From contig JBCBZT010000011.1 in the NCBI GenBank assembly GCA_039815185.1, positions 64,001 through 128,000 of the forward strand: a DNA stretch of 64,000 nt, read 5' to 3'. Within the stretch, counting starts at the first letter, position 1; each line of letters begins with the position of its first letter. The position numbers were made by a program, and so were the translations under genes. The stretch comes from Cyanobacteria bacterium P01_A01_bin.123 (GTDB lineage Bacteria > Cyanobacteriota > Cyanobacteriia > Phormidesmidales > Phormidesmidaceae). The notes under the pieces were generated by a model. The model saw only the letters and a list, made by a program, of their open reading frames with translations. It ran no database searches and had not been told where the DNA came from. This document shows, piece by piece, positions 19,511 to 29,459 of this stretch.

Positions 19511-20706
19511 GCGGCAAAAGCATCTTCATAGATGGCATAAAAGTCGGCTTTAGACACGGGACGCGGATTCAGCGGGTGGCAACCATCCTGTAACGCCACG
19601 CCCACTAATCGATCCGCTACATCAGCAGGCACCCCTAACTCACTTAGGCTAGCGGGGATGCCAATGGCTTGACGCAGGGTGATGATCCAGTCGATAAAGG
19701 CCTCGCCTGAGGTTGCCCCTGGTGTCACGATCCGCGCCATGCGTAGAAATCTTTCGGGTTCCACGGGCAGGTTAAACCGCATCGCCGCTGGCAGCATCAT
19801 GGCGTTAGCCAATCCGTGGTGGGTGTCGCACACTGTCGAGAGGGCATGGGCACAAGAATGAGTGACGCCGAGCCCTTTTTGAAACGCGATCGCCCCCATC
19901 ATCGACGCATTCAACATGCCGCCCCGTGCGCTCAAATGGGCGTTAGCTTCTGCTGCGCTCAGCGTTTCCCCAGCTGCTAGTCTCTGGGCAAACATCACGC
20001 AATCTTTAAGATGCTCAGCCACTAGGTAGATGCCCTCTAAGGCAATCCCGTCGCAGATGGGGTGAAAGCCTTTGGCCAGAAATGCCTCAATCAGATGAGT
20101 CAGCGCATCCATACCAGTTGCAGCGGTAATTTTGGCGGGTAGCCCCAACAGCAATTCTGGATCGGCCAGCACGACTTTAGGCAGGAGTTGTGGGTCAAAA
20201 ACGATCTTTTTCGCGTGGGTCTGATCATCAGAAATCACCGCACTGCGACCCACTTCGCTACCCGTCCCTGCCGTAGTTGGAATCGCCACGATCGCTGGAA
20301 CGCTTTGATCCACCGGACGGGCATCGGGGCGACCGTCTTCGTATTCAAACAGGTGACCGGGGTGATTAGCCATCAGCGCGATCGCCTTAGCCACATCCAT
20401 CGGTGCCCCACCGCCAACCGCAACGATGCCGTCGGCCTGATGTTGCCGATAGGCGGCTAGCCCTGCGTTGACCTGAGAGACCACTGGGTTGCCCCAAACC
20501 CCGCTAAATGTGTTCACTTTCAAGCGGGATAGGGAATCTACCAGGGGATTAAACCAGGGGAGTTGAGACACGTCGCGATCGCTGACCAACAGCGGCCGCT
20601 GTATACCCAATTCAGTCACCGTGTCTAACAGCCTGCTCCGCACCCCTGCCCCAAAGTGAATCGTGGTGGGAAAGCCGTAGGTATGGACCAAACTAGCAGT
20701 TGACAT
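19507..20706 (-). CDS. Iron-containing alcohol dehydrogenase
   Basis: GGGAPMDVAK, PTTAGTGSE, MDALTHLIE, HSCAH, HHG; overlaps both neighbours. Confidence 0.95.
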   Translation of the reverse strand: MSTASLVHTYGFPTTIHFGAGVRSRLLDTVTELGIQRPLLVSDRDVSQLPWFNPLVDSLSRLKVNTFSGVWGNPVVSQVNAGLAAYRQHQADGIVAVGGGAPMDVAKAIALMANHPGHLFEYEDGRPDARPVDQSVPAIVAIPTTAGTGSEVGRSAVISDDQTHAKKIVFDPQLLPKVVLADPELLLGLPAKITAATGMDALTHLIEAFLAKGFHPICDGIALEGIYLVAEHLKDCVMFAQRLAAGETLSAAEANAHLSARGGMLNASMMGAIAFQKGLGVTHSCAHALSTVCDTHHGLANAMMLPAAMRFNLPVEPERFLRMARIVTPGATSGEAFIDWIITLRQAIGIPASLSELGVPADVADRLVGVALQDGCHPLNPRPVSKADFYAIYEDAFAA

Positions 20707-22018
20707 AATGATCCATCTCCCAGGGAGTTATTTGGGCACTGTACTGACGCCACTCTTCGGACTTAAATTCAAAAAACGTCTTCGTGGCAGCTTTGCCGAG
20801 GGATTCCATCAGCAGTTCATCCTGTTTCAGACACTCAATCGCTTCCAACAAGTTCGAGGGGAGCGTTTCTAAATGGGGAAACTCACTGCCTCGGGTAAAC
20901 AGGTTTTCATCAATGCGTGGCCCGGGCATCATCTGCTGCTCAATGCCATCGAGCCCAGCCACCAGCAGCCCAGCTAAGGCTAGATAAAGATTGGTCGAGC
21001 CATCGATTACACGGCACTCAAAGCGTCCTGCCTCTGGAATTCGCAACATATGCGTGCGATTGTTGCCCCCGTAGGAAATGTAGCGTGGGCTCCAGGTGCT
21101 GCCAGAGGTCGTCATCGTCGCTCCCAGCCGCCGATAGGAGTTAACCGTCGGGCTAAACAGGGCTAAAAGCCCCTTAGCATGGGCCAAAACCCCCGCTAAA
21201 AACTGGTAGCCCGCCGGAGATAGCCCGCCCTCATCAGCGCCTGCCTCAAAGGCATTCGTCTCCCCTTGCCAAAGGCTGTTGTGAACATGGGCACCGTTGC
21301 CAGTCAGGTGGCTAAAGGGTTTGGGCATAAACGTTGCCGTCAATCCCCGTTGCTCTGCCAGGGTCTTGACCATGTACTTAAAGAACACATGGCGATCGGC
21401 AGTCACCCTAGCATCGCTGTAGGTCCAGTTGATTTCAAATTGACCGTTGGCATCTTCGTGATCGCACTGGTAAGGTTCCCAGCCCAGATCTTCCATGTAG
21501 GTGACTAGCGTCGAGATAAAGTCATACTGCCGCATCAAATTGAGCTGGTCGTAGCAGGGGCGTTCCGCCGTATCTTTGCTATCTGCGATGGTGTAGCCCG
21601 TCTCAGTTGCCTTGAGCAAGAAAAACTCGGCCTCAACCCCAGCCTTGTAGCTGTACCCCATCTGAGTGCAGCGCGCCAACGCCCGATTGAGAATCATCCG
21701 GGGAGCCGCCTCAAAGGGTTCATCATCAAAGTACACATCGCTCGCCACCCAGCCCACCGTTGGCTGCCACGGCAGCACAATCAACGACTCAGGATCGGGA
21801 ACTGCCGCAATTTCAGCTGAATCTGGCCCTAAACCTAGGTTGGAGGCAAAGGACGCAAAAAAAGCGCCGTCTTTTTCAACCGAGGCAATCTTAGCTGCGG
21901 GTACCAGCTTGGCCCGTGTCCCCCCCAAAAGATCGGTGTAGGAAACCAGAAAAAACTTTAGCCCCAAGGCTTTCGCTTTTTCGGCAAGGGATGTCTGCTG
22001 CGGCAGGGTTCCGACCAT
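20693..22018 (-). CDS. Glutamine-synthetase-like gamma-glutamyl-amide ligase (GlnT/GmaS type)
   Basis: EAEFFL, DHEDANGQFEIN, TFMPKPF, GNGAHVH, NNRTHMLR, FECR; short N-terminus with RAKLVP. Confidence 0.88.
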   Translation of the reverse strand: MVGTLPQQTSLAEKAKALGLKFFLVSYTDLLGGTRAKLVPAAKIASVEKDGAFFASFASNLGLGPDSAEIAAVPDPESLIVLPWQPTVGWVASDVYFDDEPFEAAPRMILNRALARCTQMGYSYKAGVEAEFFLLKATETGYTIADSKDTAERPCYDQLNLMRQYDFISTLVTYMEDLGWEPYQCDHEDANGQFEINWTYSDARVTADRHVFFKYMVKTLAEQRGLTATFMPKPFSHLTGNGAHVHNSLWQGETNAFEAGADEGGLSPAGYQFLAGVLAHAKGLLALFSPTVNSYRRLGATMTTSGSTWSPRYISYGGNNRTHMLRIPEAGRFECRVIDGSTNLYLALAGLLVAGLDGIEQQMMPGPRIDENLFTRGSEFPHLETLPSNLLEAIECLKQDELLMESLGKAATKTFFEFKSEEWRQYSAQITPWEMDHYVNC

Positions 22019-22084
22019 GGTTGACGTCTCCAGTTTGAGTATTTCCTCAGGAGTTCATCTTTATGGGCGAAAACACAACGTTTT

Positions 22085-22098
22085 GTATATTCCAATAC
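22085..22098 (-). promoter_or_regulatory. NtcA box upstream of the GS-like operon
   Basis: TTTT-GTA-TATTCCAA-TAC-AAAA extended palindrome; -10-like TAAAGAT 21-22 nt downstream on the minus strand. Confidence 0.75.
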
Positions 22099-22293
22099 AA
22101 AAATTGCAAAATCTAATCGAAATCTTTTTAGCCAAGACATTTGAGAAACTGACTGCGATCGCACGATATCTCGGACAAAAAGTTGATATTTTTCGTAACT
22201 ATGAATTTGAGCATTTTCGGAGATGCAAAAGTACCTCATTTTTGTGTAATCCCAAAGGGAGAGGACTCAATTAAGAGACTTTTCTAGTGATTG

Positions 22294-22307
22294 GTAGCAG
22301 CTAATAC
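22294..22307 (+). promoter_or_regulatory. NtcA box upstream of amt
   Basis: GTA-GCAGCTAA-TAC; near-consensus CAGACT 22 nt downstream. Confidence 0.65.
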
Positions 22308-22641
22308 AATCTTTTGGTGTCAGAAAATGCAGACTCGTTAACAATTAATTCTCCTCAGCACCGAGACGCAGTCTATGTCTGAAGCTGCTTCATGTCTTTG
22401 CGTCCATCAATTTGTGTAAGCCCGATGTGTGACCAGCTTGTCGGCTAGTTTGCCAAATTTGCCAAAGAATCAGGGAGTCTATCTAAGAATTCCCCCTGCG
22501 TTTGATTGAGAAGATTGGCGTTACATCATTCGTGAGGTTAGAAGTATCTAAAACTCTGAGCAGAAGTTTATGTCAGAAAAATTAGCGGTTTGAAGCCTTG
22601 TTTTTGTTGTGGGGCTGTTTGTTAACTAGGAGGGGTTGAAT

Positions 22642-24027
22642 ATGGAGCCTGAAGCACAAGCGTTTCTAGGTACCTTTGTCACGGAGACCTACTATTATTG
22701 GGCCTCTGTGTTTATGTTGATTATTCACGTAGGCTTCTTGGCCTATGAGGGGGGAGCATCTCGCGCCAAAAATGTTTTGGCGACGATGGTTAAAAACCTA
22801 TTAACCCTTTCGGTGGTAGGGCTTTCATTTTACTTTTTTGGCTGGTGGGTCTATGCCGGCTTTTCGATATTCCCTCGATTTGGCGGAATTATCGGGCCTT
22901 GGACAACTGCCTTGCCTGAGAATCTCGGTACCCTCGACGGTGAGGGCCTGCTTGGCTTTGTCGCCACAACCTATCCCTGGTCTGCCGAGATGGGGCCAAA
23001 CATTGCTGACAACCTAACGGGTGTCTTCTGGTTTGCCTTTGCCCTGTTTGCCATGACGACCGCTTCGATTATGTCTGGGGCAGTCATTGAGCGGATTCGT
23101 CTCGGGGCTTACTTGATTTTGGCCGCGATTTTAGGCGGCTTCCTTTGGGTTGTGGCTGGTTCCTGGGGGTGGAACTACTGGGGTTGGTTCAACACCATGG
23201 GCTATCACGATTTCGGTTGTTCTGCCGTAGTTCACGGCGTTTCTGGATTCTTTGCCCTCGGGGTTCTGATCAATCTCGGCCCCCGGATTGGTAAGTTTGA
23301 TGCCCAAGGCAATCCCCGCGAAATCCTACCCCATAATCTACCGCTGACGATGGTCGGCCTAATGCTGATTTTCGTTGGATTCTATGCGTTTCTGGCGGCC
23401 TGTGTCATCTTTGGCCCTGGTGCCCTGGTGGAATCGACCATCTACGGTTCTCCCATGACACTGGCTTCGATTGGGGTGAATACGACTCTGGCACTTTGCG
23501 TTGGTATTATTGGGGCCTATCTGGGTTCCAAGGGCGATCCGTTTTTTACCATTTCAGGTGGACTAGCGGGGATTATCTCCGTGGGTGCGGGGCTTGATCT
23601 GTACGCACCGCCATTAGTGCTGCTGATTGCTTTTATCGGTGCTTACACCATGCCGTTTGTCGGTAAGTTCGTGGAAAAAATGGGCATCGACGATGCCGTT
23701 GGAGCCTTTGCCGTCCATGGCTATTGTGGTGTGATTGGGTCTATGGCAGTGGGTGTAATGGCCACGGGGTACACCGTAGGCAATTACCCACCAACGAACT
23801 TCATGGCCCAACTGGTGGGTACCTTCTTGTGCACCATAGTGTTGGGTCTAATTCCCGGCTATGGGTGTAGCTGGGTGCTGAAAAAGCTGAATCTACTGCG
23901 AGTCCCGCCTGAAGAGGAAATTGAAGGGCTTGACCTGGGTGACTTTGGACTTGAGGGCTATCCCGAATACACCCTCAAACTTGAAGAATCGGTGTCTGAA
24001 GGACATCTACATGTCTCAGTGAAGTAG
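22642..24027 (+). CDS. amt: Ammonium/methylammonium transporter (Amt family)
   Basis: SGAVIER, HDFGCSAVVH, GPRIGKF, IDDAVGAFAVHG (both pore His present); AGGAGG RBS. Confidence 0.93.
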   Translation: MEPEAQAFLGTFVTETYYYWASVFMLIIHVGFLAYEGGASRAKNVLATMVKNLLTLSVVGLSFYFFGWWVYAGFSIFPRFGGIIGPWTTALPENLGTLDGEGLLGFVATTYPWSAEMGPNIADNLTGVFWFAFALFAMTTASIMSGAVIERIRLGAYLILAAILGGFLWVVAGSWGWNYWGWFNTMGYHDFGCSAVVHGVSGFFALGVLINLGPRIGKFDAQGNPREILPHNLPLTMVGLMLIFVGFYAFLAACVIFGPGALVESTIYGSPMTLASIGVNTTLALCVGIIGAYLGSKGDPFFTISGGLAGIISVGAGLDLYAPPLVLLIAFIGAYTMPFVGKFVEKMGIDDAVGAFAVHGYCGVIGSMAVGVMATGYTVGNYPPTNFMAQLVGTFLCTIVLGLIPGYGCSWVLKKLNLLRVPPEEEIEGLDLGDFGLEGYPEYTLKLEESVSEGHLHVSVK

Positions 24028-24123
24028 AGGATAGCGGCTCTATAGACCTTTGAGTATGGCTATGGTAGCGACCCTACAAGAAAACACTGGTTCTGGACAA
24101 GATGATTTGAGGATAGATGCATT

Positions 24124-24588
24124 ATGTTTGTTTGGTTATTAGGAGCGGCAAGCCCGTTTAAAACCTGGGAAGAGTTTGAAGGCGCAATAGATGGGCCGAC
24201 AGGCGGTGCAATTTATACATTTGCCGATCGCCCTGCTCTGATTGGCATCATGGTTTTTGTTGCAGCCCTAGTGTTTTTGTATTTCATCTACGCGTCGTTC
24301 AACATCAGCAGCGGCAAGTCAACAGCAAAAAGCCCACCCGTGCTGGGCATGTTGATTGTTGCGGGTGCGGCTTCAGCAATGGCGTCTCTCTATGAGGGTT
24401 TTGCAGAGCGTGGTGCGGTACAGCAGGCGTCTCGGTCTGGTGAGGCGTCTCAGGTTACGAAGCAATCGAGTAAGGTGCCGATGGCGCTGTTGGGCATGAC
24501 AGGTTTGGCTGGTTTGTCGGGCCGGAAGCGGCGGACTAAGGCGAGTGCTGCAAAGCAATCATCTCGACGCATCCGTTTGCATCGTTAA
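24124..24588 (+). CDS. Hypothetical membrane protein downstream of amt
   Basis: 154-aa ORF with GAGGA RBS, two hydrophobic segments and a basic tail. Confidence 0.65.
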   Translation: MFVWLLGAASPFKTWEEFEGAIDGPTGGAIYTFADRPALIGIMVFVAALVFLYFIYASFNISSGKSTAKSPPVLGMLIVAGAASAMASLYEGFAERGAVQQASRSGEASQVTKQSSKVPMALLGMTGLAGLSGRKRRTKASAAKQSSRRIRLHR

Positions 24589-24623
24589 ATCGTTAAGTTG
24601 AAGCTGAAAAGCTTGGTGAGCTA

Positions 24624-24674
24624 GGGCACTTGGGCACCGTCAAGGTTAATTGGCGAGGCTCAGGTGCTTTTTTT
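24624..24674 (+). terminator. Rho-independent terminator of the amt operon
   Basis: GCACTTGGGC...GCTCAGGTGC stem followed by T7. Confidence 0.6.
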
Positions 24675-25363
24675 AGTGGATAGCTGACTATTGCAGGAAG
24701 TGTACCTAACAGCCATCAATGCCTGACTACCGCCTCTCCAAAATGATCGGAGAATTTGTTTTGCCTAAATTGAGGGTAGTCCCTAAGAGGTAAGGATAGA
24801 GCATCTGATGCATGGTAATAAGGCGATGCAACCCTTAGTAAAATTGAGATTAAGTTTGAGTTAATGTTGCCATCGTAGTGGCTTCAAGAAAAAAACGGAA
24901 GCCGATCTCACCGGGTAATCCTCGCCACAATCAAGTTGCTGATAGTCTTGATCGGTCTGTAAAATTTCGAAACGACGGGCCTTACGCTGATTCTTATTTT
25001 TGAGACGTTCTCCTTTATGACATTTGCCACAATCGGGTTGTATGTGTAGATAAGCTAGCTTGATTAGGCTGCATCGCGACATGCTTTGTCTTATGGTTTG
25101 CAGGGGCAGACTGCAATTGTTGGCGATCGCGTCGATCCCAAGGCTAGACATGGTGCATAAGCCAACTATTCATCACGATTTGCGTGTTCGACTCTCAGAT
25201 TTGAATGGGGTAAAGGACTGGGAAGTTATGTACCAGCCCTACAAGGGGAGTCCTTTCCCAGTCCTAATTTCAGTCACTCACATTCTCAACTCGGAGAACC
25301 AGATCAAGGCTCTGTATTGTTCAGTGCGTCAATAGTCGCCATCATACTAACAGCGGCCTAACG

Positions 25364-26461
25364 TTAGGTCGGTAAGGTGAAATAGAAAGTCGTCCCCTCT
25401 GTTGGCTTAGAATCCACCCAGATGCGTCCACCGTGACTTTCAATAATCTTCTTACAGATGGCTAAGCCAATGCCAGTGCCAGGGTATTCGGATTTCGTAT
25501 GCAATCGCTGAAAAATCTGAAAGATCTGGTCAAAATGCGCTGATTGGATGCCAATGCCATTGTCATGAACCCCAAAGCGCCACCCATGCGCTTGATGCTC
25601 TATTGAAATCCTCACATGGGGAGGCTGTTCTGGACGCTTATATTTAAGCGCATTACTGATTAGGTTTTGAAAGAGTCGGATTAGCTGGGACTCATTGGCG
25701 TAGATTGTGGGGAGTTCATCAGTAGTAATGACGGCGTGGCTATTGTCGATGATGGGTTGTAAACCAGCGAGCACCTGTTTGATCACATCGTTGCAGTCTG
25801 TTGGCACATCCAGCTGCTGATCAGATGTGCCAACCTTAGCGTAATCCAGTAAATCTTGAATCAATTGCGACATGTGCTTACTGGCACTGATAATGTGATC
25901 GATGTACTGGTTGATGGGCTGCTCAGGGCGATCGCGATAGAGACGAGCCAGAATTTGGGCAAACCCCATAATGCCTTGGAGGGGTTGCTTAAGGTCATGG
26001 GAGACTACATGGGCAAATTGCTCAAGCTCCTGATTAGATCGGATTAACTCATCATTCAAGTGTTGGAGTTTATCTAAATTTTGCTGTCGCTCGATAGCAT
26101 AGTGAATCGCTCGAACTAACCAAGATCTTTGGATTTCACCTTTAATCAGGTAGTCTTGGGCACCTTCTCGCAGGGCGGCGATCGCTGTCTCTTCATCATC
26201 TAACCCCGTCAAGACTAAAATGGGCACCTCTGAATTTGCCCCATACATTCGCTTAACGGTATTTAACCCCTGGCTATCTGGTAAGGACAGATCCAACAAA
26301 ATCGCATCAAACGGGATCTCACTCAGACTACCAATGGCTTCCCCAAGGCGCTCAACATGGGTTAGCTCAATATGAGCCACATTGGAGAGAAATTTCCGCA
26401 AGAGATAGGCATCTGCAGCATTATCTTCGACTAAAAGGACTTGGATAACGTCATTGCTCAC
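25364..26461 (-). CDS. Hybrid response regulator-histidine kinase
   Basis: LLVED/LLDLSLPD receiver domain, SHDLKQP H-box, N, G1 and G2 boxes. Confidence 0.93.
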   Translation of the reverse strand: MSNDVIQVLLVEDNAADAYLLRKFLSNVAHIELTHVERLGEAIGSLSEIPFDAILLDLSLPDSQGLNTVKRMYGANSEVPILVLTGLDDEETAIAALREGAQDYLIKGEIQRSWLVRAIHYAIERQQNLDKLQHLNDELIRSNQELEQFAHVVSHDLKQPLQGIMGFAQILARLYRDRPEQPINQYIDHIISASKHMSQLIQDLLDYAKVGTSDQQLDVPTDCNDVIKQVLAGLQPIIDNSHAVITTDELPTIYANESQLIRLFQNLISNALKYKRPEQPPHVRISIEHQAHGWRFGVHDNGIGIQSAHFDQIFQIFQRLHTKSEYPGTGIGLAICKKIIESHGGRIWVDSKPTEGTTFYFTLPT

Positions 26462-26500
26462 GGCTGATTAATCGACCCAGTTAGGCAAGAACTGAGTGCA

Positions 26501-26947
26501 TCATTGCACAATTGGTAACTTCACAACGGTCAACCAGAACTCTTCGATCGACTCTACGACTTTGATAAACTGCTTTAGGGTAACAGGTTTGGTAATGTAG
26601 CAATTAGCCCGCAGCGCATAGCTCTTGAGAATATCTTCCTCTGCTTCTGAGGTGGTGAGTACCACTACCGGAATGGTGTGCAAATCTGGATCTTCTTTAA
26701 TTTCGGTAAGCACCTTACGACCATCTTTTTTGGGTAAATTCAGATCTAATAGGATCAAATCAGGCCGGGGCGCGTTTTGGTAATTGCCGACTTGGCGCAG
26801 AAATGCCATGGCTTCCACCCCATCCTCAACAATGTGCAAATTGTTGGTAACTTTTGCTTTCTCGAAGGTTTTTGCTGTTAATTTGGCATCCCCTGGTGAG
26901 TCCTCTACCAACAAAATGTCAATCAGATTAGATTCCTTGATGTTCAT
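26501..26947 (-). CDS. Single-domain response regulator (Rcp1 type)
   Basis: [38 protein letters not shown] at 26947. Confidence 0.92.
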   Translation of the reverse strand: MNIKESNLIDILLVEDSPGDAKLTAKTFEKAKVTNNLHIVEDGVEAMAFLRQVGNYQNAPRPDLILLDLNLPKKDGRKVLTEIKEDPDLHTIPVVVLTTSEAEEDILKSYALRANCYITKPVTLKQFIKVVESIEEFWLTVVKLPIVQ

Positions 26948-26969
26948 AAACAGGTATCTGCTGCCAACC

Positions 26970-28985
26970 CTATCCATTATCAGGCCCAAGATGACTCGGG
27001 AGCGCGAAATAAAAGGATGTCCCCTGTCCTGGTGAGGAGTCAACCCAAATCCGTCCATTGTGACGTTGCAAAATCTTGCGGCAAATAGCCAAACCGATAC
27101 CCGTGCCTTCATAGTGTCGACGCGAGTGCAACCGCTGAAAAATCACAAAAATCTGCTCAAAATAGTCAGGTTCAATGCCGATGCCATTATCACGGATGCA
27201 AAATTCCCACTCTTCCTGATGCAACGTGGCTGAAATGTGAATGCGCGGCGGTTCCTGACTGCGGAATTTGAGGGCATTGCTAACCAAATTTTGAAAGAGC
27301 TGGTGTATCTGAGATGCATCTGCGATCACCTCTGGTAGAGGGTCGTGGGTGACCAGTGCCTGACATTCTTCAATGGCCAGTTTTAAGTTAACCAGCACCT
27401 TCTGCATCACGGCATCACAGGACGTCAGTGCAAATGCTTTCCCCCGTGTACCCACCCGAGAAAAGGCCAGCAAGTCTTTAATCAACTGCTGCATTCGAGT
27501 GGCACCATCGACGATGAAGTCAATATATTCATCAGCTTCTCCATCTAGGCGATCGCGATATTCCTCCGCCAGCAGTTCTGTATAACTGCTAATGGTGCGT
27601 AGAGGCTCTTGCAAATCATGGGAGGCGACATAGGCAAACTGCTCTAGTTCAGCATTGGATCTTTCCAGCTCCTGAGCACGCTGTTCGAGTTCTTGGGTTC
27701 GTTCCTGGACTTTCGTTTCCAACCCTTCATTGAGCTGCCTTAGCGCATCCTCTGCTTGCTTGCGGTCAGTGATGTCAGTATGAATTCCAAGCATCCGCTG
27801 AGCTTTACCAACTTGATCCCACTCAACCACCTTACCCCGATCCAAAACCCATTTGTATTTGCCATCTTTGTGGCGAACCCGATGTTCATTTTGGTAAAGC
27901 GGGCTTTTACCAATCAGGTGTCGGTTCATATCCGCATAGCACTGTGCTTTATCCTGAGGATGAACTCGCGAGTCCCATTCATCCAGGCTGTTACCCACTT
28001 CATGGTTTTCATGCCCCAACATGGCTTTCCACTGATGAGAGTAAAAGACTTCATTTGTCTGCAAATTCCAGTCCCAAACGCCATCACCCGCACCTTCGAG
28101 GGCAAACTGCCAACGGGCCTCACTTTCGCGCAGGGCTGCTTCAGTCTGTTTGCGATCGGTAATGTCCCAGTTTACCCCAATCATGCGTCGGGCTTTATCT
28201 GCCCCATCTCTCAACGTAATCGCATGGGCTTCAATAAACCGAACCTGTCCATCGGGCCACACCACCCGAAATTCGGTATGGAAGTCCTTTTCTCCCTTAA
28301 TAGCGGCCTGAATCTCCGCGTCGGCTGTTTGCATGTCGTCAGGATGAACCCCGCGTTTCCAGGCTTCATAAGCACCACCAAAGGTTGCTGCTTCAATTCC
28401 ATAGAGTTCGTACATACGATCGTCCCAAATGAGCCGATCCTCAACCAAGTCAAAATCCCAGACGCCAATATTGGCAGAGTTTGTAGCTAGGGCTAGCCTT
28501 TGAGTGATTTCATAAATCTGGGCTTCAGTTTGCTTGCGTTCAGTGATGTCGCTAATTGAGCCCGCCATCCGTGTAGGCTTCCCCGTGTTATCCCAAATCG
28601 CTTGCCCCTGGGCATGAATCCAGAGATAGTTGCCTTGCTTATTTTGTAGTCGATATTCCACATCATAGGGAGCTTGACGTTCCAAATGGTCACGCACGGC
28701 TGTCAAGACTCGATCATGGTCGTCAGGATGCAAGCGCGATTCGAACGCACTGAACTGATTTTCCATTTCATGATCTTGGTAGCCCAAGATCGCTTTGAAG
28801 CGTGGCGCATAGTAAACCTCATTGGTGAGCACATTCCAATCCCACAAGCCATCGCGAGATGCCTGCATTGCTAACGTGTAGCGTTCTTGGCTCTCTCGGA
28901 GTGCTGCTTCGGTTTGCTTAAGTGCATCAAGCTTTTCACTCAATAATGTATTGAGTCGTTGTTGTTCTAGGGTCTGTGAATTCAT
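26970..28985 (-). CDS. Multi-PAS sensor histidine kinase
   Basis: Three PAS/PAC units (WDW...HPDD...DITERK), [11 protein letters not shown]-box, HATPase boxes; start could be 29030. Confidence 0.93.
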   Translation of the reverse strand: MNSQTLEQQRLNTLLSEKLDALKQTEAALRESQERYTLAMQASRDGLWDWNVLTNEVYYAPRFKAILGYQDHEMENQFSAFESRLHPDDHDRVLTAVRDHLERQAPYDVEYRLQNKQGNYLWIHAQGQAIWDNTGKPTRMAGSISDITERKQTEAQIYEITQRLALATNSANIGVWDFDLVEDRLIWDDRMYELYGIEAATFGGAYEAWKRGVHPDDMQTADAEIQAAIKGEKDFHTEFRVVWPDGQVRFIEAHAITLRDGADKARRMIGVNWDITDRKQTEAALRESEARWQFALEGAGDGVWDWNLQTNEVFYSHQWKAMLGHENHEVGNSLDEWDSRVHPQDKAQCYADMNRHLIGKSPLYQNEHRVRHKDGKYKWVLDRGKVVEWDQVGKAQRMLGIHTDITDRKQAEDALRQLNEGLETKVQERTQELEQRAQELERSNAELEQFAYVASHDLQEPLRTISSYTELLAEEYRDRLDGEADEYIDFIVDGATRMQQLIKDLLAFSRVGTRGKAFALTSCDAVMQKVLVNLKLAIEECQALVTHDPLPEVIADASQIHQLFQNLVSNALKFRSQEPPRIHISATLHQEEWEFCIRDNGIGIEPDYFEQIFVIFQRLHSRRHYEGTGIGLAICRKILQRHNGRIWVDSSPGQGTSFYFALPSHLGPDNG

Positions 28986-29097
28986 CTTGGGCACTAGCCA
29001 AAAAATATAAAAGTAGACACGGTAAGCCATGTCCTTATGTCATGCATAACAAATAGATAAGGCCAAGAGCGTTTTCAAGCCGGACATCTTAAACGCG

Positions 29098-29155
29098 GCT
29101 ATGGCGAAGTCGTTCAGGGAAACTGGGTGCATTAAGCAGTGTAGCCAACACCATA
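29098..29155 (+). mobile_element. Degraded, internally deleted MITE copy 4
   Basis: GGTGCATTAAGCA core and diverged right end align with copies 1 and 2. Confidence 0.45.
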
Positions 29156-29284
29156 AACATTCTGATAGTTAATTTTTGAAGGAAGCTACTTGGGCCTGGA
29201 TTGCGGTGATCACCACTGTATTGGCGTAGCAACGAAATGTCACAGCAAAAACATTGATTCATGGTGTTCTCCTAAATTTGCTTG

Positions 29285-29316
29285 GTTATAACCGACTAAG
29301 TTGAGGATTTTATGAG
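29285..29316 (-). promoter_or_regulatory. Direct-repeat box plus -10 (regulon motif), facing the PAS kinase operon
   Basis: CTCATAAAATCCTCA-N11-TATAAC. Confidence 0.6.
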
Positions 29317-29382
29317 TAACTCTCCGAAGCCGTAAAGCGTTTCGCTCCGGGCATTACCCCCTTGAGCTCAGTTAAGCGTCGC

Positions 29383-29414
29383 CTCATAAGTTCCTCAATA
29401 TCATTCATTACACT
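29383..29414 (+). promoter_or_regulatory. Direct-repeat box plus -10 (regulon motif)
   Basis: CTCATAAGTTCCTCA-N11-TACACT. Confidence 0.75.
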
Positions 29415-29459
29415 GCCAAGTGTCTAGTTCATCCAAACGTCAGTTTGAGGGGGGGGGCA

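Noticed and set aside
24861..25335. Two short overlapping ORFs between the amt operon and the kinase operon
   Set aside because: No recognisable family motif; may be decayed gene debris but cannot be supported
26970..28985. Phytochrome (Cph1-Rcp1-like operon)
   Set aside because: The kinase has only PAS domains, with no GAF/PHY module or bilin-binding motif
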